64,000 bases of DNA, from contig JAFTKN010000027.1 in assembly GCA_017453255.1 (NCBI GenBank), positions 4,246-68,245 on the forward strand, given 5' to 3'. Made by a program: the position numbers and the translations under genes. The notes under the pieces are model-generated. The model was given only the letters and a program-made list of their open reading frames with translations. It did no database searches and was not told the DNA's origin. Of the stretch, positions 18,781 through 27,961 are shown piece after piece. Origin of the DNA: Clostridia bacterium. GTDB lineage: Bacteria; Bacillota; Clostridia; Oscillospirales; CAG-272. Position 1 is the stretch's first letter. Every line of letters starts with the position of its first letter.

Positions 18781-20736
18781 TTAATAAATATTTTTATTTT
18801 CTCGATATTCACGCCAAACGTTTTCAAAGAAACCGCCACCCTCTGGAAGTGGTCGTACAGAACGAGCATAGCCACCGCCACGACCATCTACTAAGGTAAG
18901 CTCAAATACCTTATCGTTATAAGCTCCATCATCAAGCTCAAAACGGAAGATTTCCTCCATTTTATCAGGTAAATCACCATTAGCAGAGGTGTAAATAGCA
19001 GAGCCTCGGGATTTAGCACCTGCCATAACATAAAATTTCATAGCATTTATGTATAGCTCCTGCGCTAAAAGTGCATCTCTTAGGCGATAAGCCTGCCAAA
19101 GCTTAGACTCCTTATCAACCATTACAACATTTTTGAAGTTATAAAGGGTGTTGGAAATTGCTTCAATTACCATATCAAACTTAGATGCGTTTCTGATAGG
19201 ACCAGCATGCTCGTCCATTAGCCTTTGGTGCATATCTGTAAGAGAGGTAACATTGTCCATATCCCCTAAAATGCTACAGGTAATATCCAAATGCTTTTCT
19301 ACTGCTTTTTCAGCCACAGAGTCGAAGATTTTAGAATCTGCCTCTTGATTTTCAAGGTGCTTTGAAATATATTGGGCGCATCTCATAGAGCCAACCTGAC
19401 CAGCATTAAGTGCGCTTCCACCTGGACGATAAACGCCATGGCTACCTGCCACCTCGCCACAGGCAAAAAGGTGAGGTACGTTGGTCTGCCACCACATATC
19501 TATGTCAAGACCACCATTATTATGCTGAGCACAAAGAGCTATTTCAAGCATTTCCTTTTCTAAATCAACACCCTTAGACTTGTATAAGTCGTAAGCAGGC
19601 ATATTCATAAATTGTAATCTTTCAAGTGGTGTGCCAAAGCAAGCGTGGGCATTTTCCAAATACTCTCTTGCCTCGCTATCTAACTCGTCATATGGAAGAT
19701 TATCAAGTCCATATGGATTTTTTCTAAAGTCCAAATAAACACGTTTGTTCTTTAAAACACACTCTCTGAATACCAAAAGGTCAATAATTGATGAGCCGTT
19801 TAATACCTTTTTGCAGTCAAATGGCCACTCATAGCCCTTTCTGAATACCTTAGAAAGACATACACCAAGTGAGTCAAAATACTCATTTAAAAACTCATAT
19901 TCCTGTCCATTTTCGTCGACAGAAACAAAGCGAGGAAGCACCTGCATATATGTACCAGACACGTTCCAACGTGGGTTGGTTGATGCAAGACCATATTGCC
20001 ATTCGGTAAGGTTTTTACCCTTAACACCACATTCAAAGGCGACACCACTTGCACCATGATGCCCTAATGGATATACAGTGTTTGAGTAAATTCCAGCAGG
20101 ACCACCTGTTGCTGTAATTGTGTTTTTAGAATTAAATAAAACAAAACGGTCATTTTCGTTTGTTGAAACCTTGTTTAAGCATAAAACACCCACACACGTG
20201 TCGCCATTTTTAATAAATTCAATGATTTGAAGCTTATCAAAAATCTTAATATTGCGCTTGTTTACCTCTTTTTCAAGACATTCCGTCATCATCTTTGAGG
20301 TAAGAGGTCCAACGCTTGTAGCCCTTGCACGTGGGTCGTGGTCGGTTTTATAGCCAACATATTCGCCATAGCGATTTACAGGAAATTCTACTCCAAGCTC
20401 GCAAAGATGCAAAAAGCAGGGAACAGACAAGGCGGCCTCGGCATAAGCAATATCACCGTCAACACACTTTCCGTTAAAGAAATCCTGTGCCATAGCCTTA
20501 GGTGAATCTGGATAGTCAGCGCAAAGGTTCATTTTATAATAGGTTTGCTTGTCCGAGCCTGTGTTACGAGATGTACCCATATTAATACCCTCTGTAACAA
20601 TGGCTATATCATTAACACCATAGTCAGTAAGCCTGAGTGCAGCATTATAGCCTGCCGCGCCTGTACCAATAATCAAGGCATCAAGTGTAACCTTTTTTAC
20701 ACTTAAATCGCCATATTTTATAATTGTTTCAGTCAT
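18781..20736 (-). CDS. FAD-binding oxidoreductase (SdhA/FrdA/NadB flavoprotein superfamily)
   Basis: IIGTGAAG, ATGG, QHNNGGL, LFACGEVAGSHG...GGSALN. Confidence 0.85.
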   Translation of the reverse strand: MTETIIKYGDLSVKKVTLDALIIGTGAAGYNAALRLTDYGVNDIAIVTEGINMGTSRNTGSDKQTYYKMNLCADYPDSPKAMAQDFFNGKCVDGDIAYAEAALSVPCFLHLCELGVEFPVNRYGEYVGYKTDHDPRARATSVGPLTSKMMTECLEKEVNKRNIKIFDKLQIIEFIKNGDTCVGVLCLNKVSTNENDRFVLFNSKNTITATGGPAGIYSNTVYPLGHHGASGVAFECGVKGKNLTEWQYGLASTNPRWNVSGTYMQVLPRFVSVDENGQEYEFLNEYFDSLGVCLSKVFRKGYEWPFDCKKVLNGSSIIDLLVFRECVLKNKRVYLDFRKNPYGLDNLPYDELDSEAREYLENAHACFGTPLERLQFMNMPAYDLYKSKGVDLEKEMLEIALCAQHNNGGLDIDMWWQTNVPHLFACGEVAGSHGVYRPGGSALNAGQVGSMRCAQYISKHLENQEADSKIFDSVAEKAVEKHLDITCSILGDMDNVTSLTDMHQRLMDEHAGPIRNASKFDMVIEAISNTLYNFKNVVMVDKESKLWQAYRLRDALLAQELYINAMKFYVMAGAKSRGSAIYTSANGDLPDKMEEIFRFELDDGAYNDKVFELTLVDGRGGGYARSVRPLPEGGGFFENVWREYRENKNIY

Positions 20737-20754
20737 AAAGGATTCCTCTATAAA

Positions 20755-21510
20755 TTATAATCTTTGAATGTGCATACCACCATCAACAATGATAGATTGA
20801 CCAGTTGTATAGCCTAAAAGTCCTGAGCAAAGAACGTAAATAGCGTTAGCGCAGTCCTCAGGAAGTCCCCATCTTCCAAGTGGAACAAGACCACCAGCAA
20901 TTAATTTGTCGTACTTTTCCTTAACCTTTTCTGTCATTCCTGTTTGAATAATGCCAGGGCAGATTTCATTTACAGTAATGCCCTCACAAGCCAAGCGGTC
21001 AGCAAAAAGCTTAGTAATCATAGTAGCGCCAGCCTTAGAAATGCAGTATTCACCACGACTTGTTGATGAGGTGTAAGCAGAGCAGGAGGAAACATTTGCA
21101 ATATATCCCTTAACTCCATTTGTCATTTCCTGCTTAATCATCTGATTAGCAACAAGCTGTGTTAAGAAAAGAGTACCCTTTGTGTTGATATCCATAACAA
21201 AATCGTAGCTTTCCTCAGTCATTTCCAAAATGTCGTTTCTTACCCTTGGAGCAACGCCTGCTACATTTACAAGCACGTCGATTCTTCCATATGTATTGAT
21301 AGCTGTGTCAACAAGATTTTTTCTGTCATCAGCTGATGCTAAATTACCCTTAACATAAACCAAATCAGCCATGCCTTCAAACTTTTCTGCTACCTTGTCG
21401 CTATCTAAAATATCCATAGCTATAACTGCATAGCCCTCTTTGTTAAATTTCTCTACAGTTGCATAGCCAATTCCACCAGCAGCACCTGTAATAATTGCAA
21501 CCTTTTTCAT
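20755..21510 (-). CDS. Short-chain dehydrogenase/reductase
   Basis: TGAAGGIG, NVAG, YCISK, PGIIQT, VDGG. Confidence 0.92.
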   Translation of the reverse strand: MKKVAIITGAAGGIGYATVEKFNKEGYAVIAMDILDSDKVAEKFEGMADLVYVKGNLASADDRKNLVDTAINTYGRIDVLVNVAGVAPRVRNDILEMTEESYDFVMDINTKGTLFLTQLVANQMIKQEMTNGVKGYIANVSSCSAYTSSTSRGEYCISKAGATMITKLFADRLACEGITVNEICPGIIQTGMTEKVKEKYDKLIAGGLVPLGRWGLPEDCANAIYVLCSGLLGYTTGQSIIVDGGMHIQRL

Positions 21511-21514
21511 TTTA

Positions 21515-22840
21515 TTATTCCTTTCCTAAAACAAGCTTTTTATAAATAGGCATATAAACCTCGCCATCACGGATTACACATCCAGGAGTTCCACCGGGCT
21601 TTCTCATAATCTCTGTGCATTTGCTACAGCAAATACAGATTTTTTTGGGGTCGAGATTTCTGCCACTTGTAATTTCGTTAGCACAATCAGGGTAAGCAAG
21701 CGTTTGTCTGCCATAGCCTGCAAAATCAAATTTTCCATCTTTAACGTATGCAGAGCATACATTTGCACTTTCACTACCTAAGAAGGAAATACCCGAGGAG
21801 ATAACAGGAGTGCCCTTAATTTCACTTGCGATTTCACTAATGCCCTCAAGCATTCTGTGTACGCCAAGCATAGGATGCTCAGGTGGCTCATATCCACCCT
21901 TAGAGTATGGACGATTAACATGAGGATTGAAGTATGGATTTCCCATAGTCATATCAATCATATCAATTCCACCCTTAACAAGACTTTTAACAAGCATCTT
22001 TGATTCTGTAAAGTCAGGATTTATTCCCTCACCCTCCTTAACAGCAAAGCCATATGGATATGGGAAGCCGTCATATACGTTAAGCCTTGAGGTTATAATA
22101 AAATCATTTCCTGTAAGTGCCTTTGCATTTGTAACTGCGTTTGTAAGTAATCTTGTACGATTTTCAAAGCTACCACCATATTTGCCATCTCTTTCATAAG
22201 CAGACAAAAGCTCACTTAACAAATATCTATGACAGCTCTTAATATCAGCACCGTCAAAGCCAAGCTTTTTTGACCAAACAGCACCATTTACAAGCGCCTC
22301 GCCAAGTCTATCAAGGTAGTCGTCAGTTACAATTCTTGATTTATCAATAGGGTTATCCTTTTCAAAAATTGGGTTATTGTAAGCTATTAATGGAGCAGGA
22401 GTGCCATTTGGCTTAGAATATCTGCCTGAATGGGTAAGCTGAATTATAACAACAGGCTCAAAGCCGTTTGCCTTAATACCCTCTTCCTTAATATCATTTA
22501 CAATTTTCTTAAATGCGTCCTGAGTTTTTTCAGTAAGATACATTTGACGAGGGTTAGCTCTGCCTTCCTCAAATACAGCAGTAGCCTCAAACCAAATAAT
22601 ACCAGCACCGCCTCTTGCAAAGCGCAAATATCTTCTAATAGTAAGCTCGTCAGGAGCACCATCAAGCGTGCCGTCACAGCCCTCCATAGCCTGATATACT
22701 ATTCTGTTGTTAATTGTTTTGCTCGCAATTACGATTTTTTGATTTAAGGGAGATATATCCTCAGAGTAAGGAAAGCTAACATTAGCCTCATTACACATTT
22801 TCAAAAAAGCGTCCTTGCTTTGTGGAACGTTGTACGCCAT
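21515..22840 (-). CDS. Old-yellow-enzyme-like NADH:flavin oxidoreductase with C-terminal Fe-S-type Cys motif
   Basis: QLTHSGR, GFDGADIKSCHRYL, KYGGSFENRTR, CICCSKC-x12-C. Confidence 0.88.
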   Translation of the reverse strand: MAYNVPQSKDAFLKMCNEANVSFPYSEDISPLNQKIVIASKTINNRIVYQAMEGCDGTLDGAPDELTIRRYLRFARGGAGIIWFEATAVFEEGRANPRQMYLTEKTQDAFKKIVNDIKEEGIKANGFEPVVIIQLTHSGRYSKPNGTPAPLIAYNNPIFEKDNPIDKSRIVTDDYLDRLGEALVNGAVWSKKLGFDGADIKSCHRYLLSELLSAYERDGKYGGSFENRTRLLTNAVTNAKALTGNDFIITSRLNVYDGFPYPYGFAVKEGEGINPDFTESKMLVKSLVKGGIDMIDMTMGNPYFNPHVNRPYSKGGYEPPEHPMLGVHRMLEGISEIASEIKGTPVISSGISFLGSESANVCSAYVKDGKFDFAGYGRQTLAYPDCANEITSGRNLDPKKICICCSKCTEIMRKPGGTPGCVIRDGEVYMPIYKKLVLGKE

Positions 22841-22873
22841 AAGTCACCTCTATAATATATAATATCTACTCAA

Positions 22874-22979
22874 ATGTTACCATAATCTGTAAGCTTTGTC
22901 AAGTAAGTCACTTTACTTTTGTTAAAAAGTAAAAAATAACTCTATTTCCCTTGACAAATAACTGTATTTATGAGAAAAT
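22874..22979. promoter_or_regulatory. Divergent SigA promoters with palindromic site between them
   Basis: Minus strand TTGACA-17-TAACAT; plus strand TTGACA (22951)-17-GAAAAT; AAGTAA-N6-TTACTT and TTACTTTT-N4-AAAAGTAA at 22901-22932. Confidence 0.55.
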
Positions 22980-23021
22980 AAGCATAGTTGATATAAATGC
23001 TGAAATTTAGCGAGGTACGAT

Positions 23022-24032
23022 ATGAGAGCAATATATTTAGCAAACAATAAGGGTAATATTGATTATGTTTACTCCAAGGAAAGTCAAGAGAGAATTAAAA
23101 GGCTTGCAGATATAGACAATGAGGTTTATTGTCAAGAGGATTTAGAGGCTAATCCTGACGGCTTTAAGGATGTTGAATATGTATTTTCTACATGGTCTAT
23201 GCCAGGTGGAAGTGAGGATAAGGATGATTTTGCAAGATTTTTCCCAAGCTGTAAGGCGTTTTTCTATGCAGCAGGCTCGGTAAAATATTTTGCAGATCAT
23301 TGGCTTGATAAGGGCATAAGAATTTTTAGTGCCTTTGCAGCAAATGCAATTCCTGTTGCTGAATTTACAGTTGCACAAATTTTGCTTGCAAATAAGGGAT
23401 ATTTTCAGGCAATGCGTGGCTTTAAAAATCCAGATAGCCATAAGTCAACAAACGACCTGTCAAGAGCACACTGTGGTAACTATGATGCAAATGTAGGTAT
23501 TGTTGGTGCAGGTATGATTGGTAGGCATGTAATTGAGCTTTTAAAGCCATACAAGCTAAACATTTTGATTTATGATGAATTTATAAATGAGGAGCAGGCA
23601 AGAAAATTAGGTGGTACTAAGGTAACTCTAAATGAGCTATTTGAAAAATGCGATATAGTTTCCAATCACTTAGCTAATGTGCCACAAACTGTTGGAATTT
23701 TCAAAAAGGAGCATTTTAAGATGATGAAGGAAAATGCGACCTTTATAAATACAGGCAGAGGCGCACAGGTGTGCGAGGATGATATGCTTTCTGTACTAAA
23801 GAAAAGAAATGATATTTGTGCGTTGCTTGACGTTACAATCGACGAGCCACCTACAGAAAACAGTCCATTCTATACTCTTGAAAACGTATTTTTAACCCCA
23901 CATATAGCAGGTAGCCAAGCAAACGAGGTTCAAAGAATGTCTGAGCTTGTTGTTGACCAGTTTGAGAACCTTTTATCAGGTAAGGAAACAAATTACGAAA
24001 TCACTAAGGAAAAATTAGCAAAAATGGCGTAA
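23022..24032 (+). CDS. D-isomer-specific 2-hydroxyacid dehydrogenase
   Basis: GIVGAGMIG, FINTGRG, LDVT..EP, LTPHIAG. Confidence 0.92.
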   Translation: MRAIYLANNKGNIDYVYSKESQERIKRLADIDNEVYCQEDLEANPDGFKDVEYVFSTWSMPGGSEDKDDFARFFPSCKAFFYAAGSVKYFADHWLDKGIRIFSAFAANAIPVAEFTVAQILLANKGYFQAMRGFKNPDSHKSTNDLSRAHCGNYDANVGIVGAGMIGRHVIELLKPYKLNILIYDEFINEEQARKLGGTKVTLNELFEKCDIVSNHLANVPQTVGIFKKEHFKMMKENATFINTGRGAQVCEDDMLSVLKKRNDICALLDVTIDEPPTENSPFYTLENVFLTPHIAGSQANEVQRMSELVVDQFENLLSGKETNYEITKEKLAKMA

Positions 24033-24167
24033 AACAGACACGTGTCGCCGCTTTTTGAAGAATCAGGCATAGATTTTCAAAAATCAAAAACAAACACAGG
24101 GTAGGGGATTTTAAAAATCCTCTACCTTTTATTTACAAGTGAAAAATAATAAAAAATACAAGCGAAA

Positions 24168-24201
24168 AATAAAAAACGGCGTTTTAAACGCCGTTTTATT
24201 A
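24168..24201. terminator. Bidirectional terminator
   Basis: AAAACGGCGTTT/AAACGCCGTTTT between convergent genes. Confidence 0.75.
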
Positions 24202-25269
24202 TTTTTTCTTCTTCTTTTTAGAAGACTTACTCTTAGGATAAGATTTAGCCTTTTGGAATGGTGTTACATTTTGTACTTTTACAGCTTGCGCTTCATTTTC
24301 CTGCACAGGTGTAGCCTCATTGATAGCTACGTCCTCTGTAATTTCTGCTTTTCTGTTTGCATCTTCAACACCTTCATCAGCTGGTTTAGTGTGATGATGG
24401 TGATGATGGTGATGAGAATGTGCAGAGGAGGTTCTTTCTGTATCCATTACAAATTTAATTGTATATTGATAAGCATAAACCTTGGAAATCGCATAAATTG
24501 AAAGCGCCATAGCAGCAAGATATTCAAATAGTGAAATTTTTGTAATTGAAATATCGTTTATGTTACCGATAACGATAGCAAATGCGAATGGGAATGCTAT
24601 TGTAAATAGGAGCAAGGCAGTTATTATATGAAGCTTAACGCTTGGCTTAACTAAGTGAGCCTTAACCTCTGTAACTATAAATAGCGTGAACAATGCGTAA
24701 AATAGTGTATGCTCAACCTTGAAGAAAATGTAGGCTGATGATTCAAAGAACCAAATAGCTAAAATACTGAATAATGCCCATGTGACAGCACCGATTGAAG
24801 CAATATGCCAAAGTGTATCTGGAACAACAATTTTTTGTCTAAACATTCTCTTTGGTAGTGCGCTAATTACTATATAAATAAGGAATGGAATTGCTGCAAT
24901 GATTCTTAAAACCTTAAATACCTTAGCTGGATTAACAACAGTACCAGAGTATAAAAGCACATAAAAATCAAATATTGTAAGTGCGAGAATTACAGCAAAG
25001 GCAAGAACGGATGAAAATTTAAGCACATTTGAATCTCTTCTGATTTTTGTAACGTGAACATGCTTGATTTTAAATACAAAGCAAAAGCTTACAATAACAG
25101 AGATAGCAATTAACAAAAATGTGATAATTGGTGCCGCCTGTAAAAAGTTTATGCCTGAGCTTGGATTAAAGGTCAGCGTAAAAATAAAAACACCGACTAT
25201 TGATGAAATAGCTGTCAATGCTAAAATAATAGGCAAAAATAGCTTGAAAAGCTTATAGGTGCGCTTCAT
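24199..25269 (-). CDS. Multi-pass membrane protein with poly-His and Lys-rich C-tail
   Basis: About 8 hydrophobic helices; HSHHHHHHHH; ends KSKSSKKKKKK. Confidence 0.8.
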   Translation of the reverse strand: MKRTYKLFKLFLPIILALTAISSIVGVFIFTLTFNPSSGINFLQAAPIITFLLIAISVIVSFCFVFKIKHVHVTKIRRDSNVLKFSSVLAFAVILALTIFDFYVLLYSGTVVNPAKVFKVLRIIAAIPFLIYIVISALPKRMFRQKIVVPDTLWHIASIGAVTWALFSILAIWFFESSAYIFFKVEHTLFYALFTLFIVTEVKAHLVKPSVKLHIITALLLFTIAFPFAFAIVIGNINDISITKISLFEYLAAMALSIYAISKVYAYQYTIKFVMDTERTSSAHSHHHHHHHHTKPADEGVEDANRKAEITEDVAINEATPVQENEAQAVKVQNVTPFQKAKSYPKSKSSKKKKKK

Positions 25270-25453
25270 TATAAAGGTCCTTTCGCAATATAAATATTAT
25301 CCATTTAAGTCTAACACAATATGCCTAAAAAATCAAGGTTTTTGAATAATAAATATTAAAAGAATAGATTTTTTAAATAAAATCTTGACTAAATATAAAA
25401 TATTTGTTACTATTTAAGTGATATTTATATTTTGTTTATGTGGAGGCATTTTT

Positions 25454-26161
25454 ATGTTAGAACAACTAAAAAAAGAGGTTTATGAGGCAAATATGATGCT
25501 TGTTAAATATAACCTTATTACATTTACATGGGGAAATGTTAGTGGTATAGATAGAGAAAAGGGGCTTGTTGTAATTAAGCCATCTGGTGTCGAGTATGAT
25601 GAGCTAACTCCTGATATGCTACCTGTGATTGACCTTGACGGAAATGTTATTGAGGGCAATCTCAAGCCATCGTCTGATACTCCAACTCACTTAGAGCTTT
25701 ATAAGGCGTACCCACAAATTGGTGGCGTTTGCCATACTCATTCTCCTTGGGCTACAATCTATTCACAGGTGGGTAGAGGAATTACCCCATATGGAACAAC
25801 TCATGCTGATTATTTTGGTACAACTATTCCTTGCACACGTCAAATGACAGAGAAGGAAATAAAGGGAGAATATGAAAAGGAAACAGGCACAGTTATCCTT
25901 GAGGCTATAAAGGATATTGGTGCTGACCAAATGCACGCAGCGCTTGTATATTCCCACGGACCATTTACATGGGGAAAGAACGCATATTCCTCAGTTGAGG
26001 CAGCTGTAGTTTTAGAGCAGGTTGCTATGATGTCATATAATACAGAAATGCTTATGTTAAATGCAAATGGTAAGACTGAAAGAATGCAAGAGGTGCTTTT
26101 AAGAAAGCATTACGACAGAAAGCATGGCCCAAATGCTTATTATGGACAGGGCAAAAAATAA
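25454..26161 (+). CDS. araD: L-ribulose-5-phosphate 4-epimerase
   Basis: TWGNVS, KPSGV, PSSDTPTH, HTHS, GTTHADYF, KHGPNAYYGQ; GGAGG RBS. Confidence 0.95.
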   Translation: MLEQLKKEVYEANMMLVKYNLITFTWGNVSGIDREKGLVVIKPSGVEYDELTPDMLPVIDLDGNVIEGNLKPSSDTPTHLELYKAYPQIGGVCHTHSPWATIYSQVGRGITPYGTTHADYFGTTIPCTRQMTEKEIKGEYEKETGTVILEAIKDIGADQMHAALVYSHGPFTWGKNAYSSVEAAVVLEQVAMMSYNTEMLMLNANGKTERMQEVLLRKHYDRKHGPNAYYGQGKK

Positions 26162-26540
26162 AAAATGATGGATTTCTGGAGCTTTATTTTTTTTTTAGTA
26201 AAGCTCCTCTTTTTTGGCTCAATTTAAGAGAAAAAACATAAAAAATCAAGAAAAATTATGAATTTTTTGTTAATTTTTTAATTTTGCGACTAAAACACGG
26301 CTTATTATCTTGAAAAATCAAATTGCACCTCTATATATAATAATAAGGAAGAAAACTTTCAAAAAGGCAAAAATGACAATTTGTGCAATCATACAAAATT
26401 TTCAAATATTTTTAAGAAAAAAAGGGGTTTAAATGGCTGTAAAGCGGAAAAATGCCCTTGGTTTTTGTGCAAAATAGACAAAAATCGCACAAAATTTTAC
26501 ACTTGTAGAAAAATGATTGTGCAGAAATTTCAAAAAAATA

Positions 26541-26569
26541 TTGACAATTACTATTATATATGGTAAAAT
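26541..26569 (+). promoter_or_regulatory. SigA promoter of the S10 operon
   Basis: TTGACA-17 bp-TAAAAT with extended TG. Confidence 0.8.
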
Positions 26570-26575
26570 ATCTTC

Positions 26576-26842
26576 GCTTGACGTGTGAAGAAGCGAGAGG
26601 TTGCTACAAAGGTCCGACTGCTATGGCGTTTGTAGGGAATTTTCGTGGAGCATGTCCGATTCACAATGGCAGCTGAAATGCAGCCGAGTGGTCTTCCAGT
26701 CAGTAATGCTGACGCTCCACCGCTTGCATTTGTCCCGAACCAAAGAGTTGCAAGGTTCGGTTTTGTTAAGCGAGTGGATGAAACACACGGGACGGTGTAA
26801 GGCAAAAAGTCCCCGCAAGTTCTATTAAAGGAGGAAAGCAAG
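26576..26842 (+). ncRNA. Structured S10 (rpsJ) leader with an extra structured insert
   Basis: GAAGCGAGAGGTTGC...TGCTATGGCG...GGGAATTTTCGTGGAGCATGTCC core recalled from Bacillota rpsJ leaders; GC-richer than flanks; several further stems. Confidence 0.7.
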
Positions 26843-27154
26843 ATGGCAGTAAATGAAAAGATCAGAGTAAGAGTTAAGGGTTACGACCACAAGTTGGTTG
26901 ATACCGCCGCTGAAAAGATCGTTGACGCAGCTAAGAGAAACGGTGCTACAGTGTCTGGTCCTATTCCACTACCAACAGAGAAGGAAATTATCACAATTCT
27001 CCGTGCGGTACACAAGTATAAGGACAGCCGTGAGCAGTTTGAGCAGCGTACACACAAAAGACTTATCGAAATCGTTAAGCCTTCAAAGAAGGTTGCAGAC
27101 GCTATCATGAGTCTTGAATTACCAGCTGGTGTAGAGATCGAAGTTAAGCTTTAA
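26843..27154 (+). CDS. rpsJ: 30S ribosomal protein S10
   Basis: [22 protein letters not shown]. Confidence 0.99.
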   Translation: MAVNEKIRVRVKGYDHKLVDTAAEKIVDAAKRNGATVSGPIPLPTEKEIITILRAVHKYKDSREQFEQRTHKRLIEIVKPSKKVADAIMSLELPAGVEIEVKL

Positions 27155-27310
27155 TCTACCAGCAAAAGCCAATACCTCACCGTACAGTAGCAGGAGCGAA
27201 GTTACTCAAGCTCAGGTAAGACTATGATGACGGCAAGGTCAAGTTGATGCGTCGGTTGGCACCGACAATTAGTAGGCATCAACCAATAACCTAATATGGA
27301 GGAAAGAAAA

Positions 27311-27943
27311 ATGAAGAAAGCAATTATCGGTAAGAAGCTCGGTATGACACAGATCTTCGCTGAAAACGGCGCAGTTATTCCTGTAACAGTTATCGAGGCC
27401 GGTCCTTGCGTGGTTGTTCAAAAGAAGACCACAGAGACTGATGGCTATAATGCTATCCAGGTTGGCTATGAAGAAGTAAAGGCTAACCATGTATCAAAAC
27501 CCATGAAGGGTCACTTCGAAAAAGCAAACGTATCTGCTAAGAAGCATCTCAAGGAATTCAGACTTGAAAATGCAACTGATTACAATGTTGGCGACGTAAT
27601 AGCAGTCGATACCTTCGCCCAAGGCGACAAGGTCGATATTACAGGCATTACAAAGGGCCACGGTTACTCAGGTGCAGTTAAGAGATGGGGTCACCACATG
27701 CTCCAAGCAACACACGGTACAGGTCCAATCCACCGTCAGGTTGGTTCAATGGGTGCTAACTCAACACCTTCAAGAGTTTTCAAAAACAAGAAAATGGCAG
27801 GTCAGTATGGTAACGAACAGGTTACAATACTCAACCTTGAAGTAGTAAAAGTTGACGCAGAGAAGAATCTTATCGCTGTTAAGGGCGCTGTTCCAGGTGC
27901 TAAGAACGGTATCGTAGTTCTTCGTAACAGCGTAAAAGCATAA
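27311..27943 (+). CDS. rplC: 50S ribosomal protein L3
   Basis: [23 protein letters not shown]; GGAGG RBS gives start 27311. Confidence 0.99.
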   Translation: MKKAIIGKKLGMTQIFAENGAVIPVTVIEAGPCVVVQKKTTETDGYNAIQVGYEEVKANHVSKPMKGHFEKANVSAKKHLKEFRLENATDYNVGDVIAVDTFAQGDKVDITGITKGHGYSGAVKRWGHHMLQATHGTGPIHRQVGSMGANSTPSRVFKNKKMAGQYGNEQVTILNLEVVKVDAEKNLIAVKGAVPGAKNGIVVLRNSVKA

Positions 27944-27961
27944 TCAAAGGAGGAATAAACA

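Noticed and set aside
26554-26841. Short ORFs, group II intron or riboswitch in the rpsJ upstream region
   Set aside because: The ORFs overlap a promoter and leader and lack an RBS; no intron domain V, T-box or riboswitch consensus recognised.
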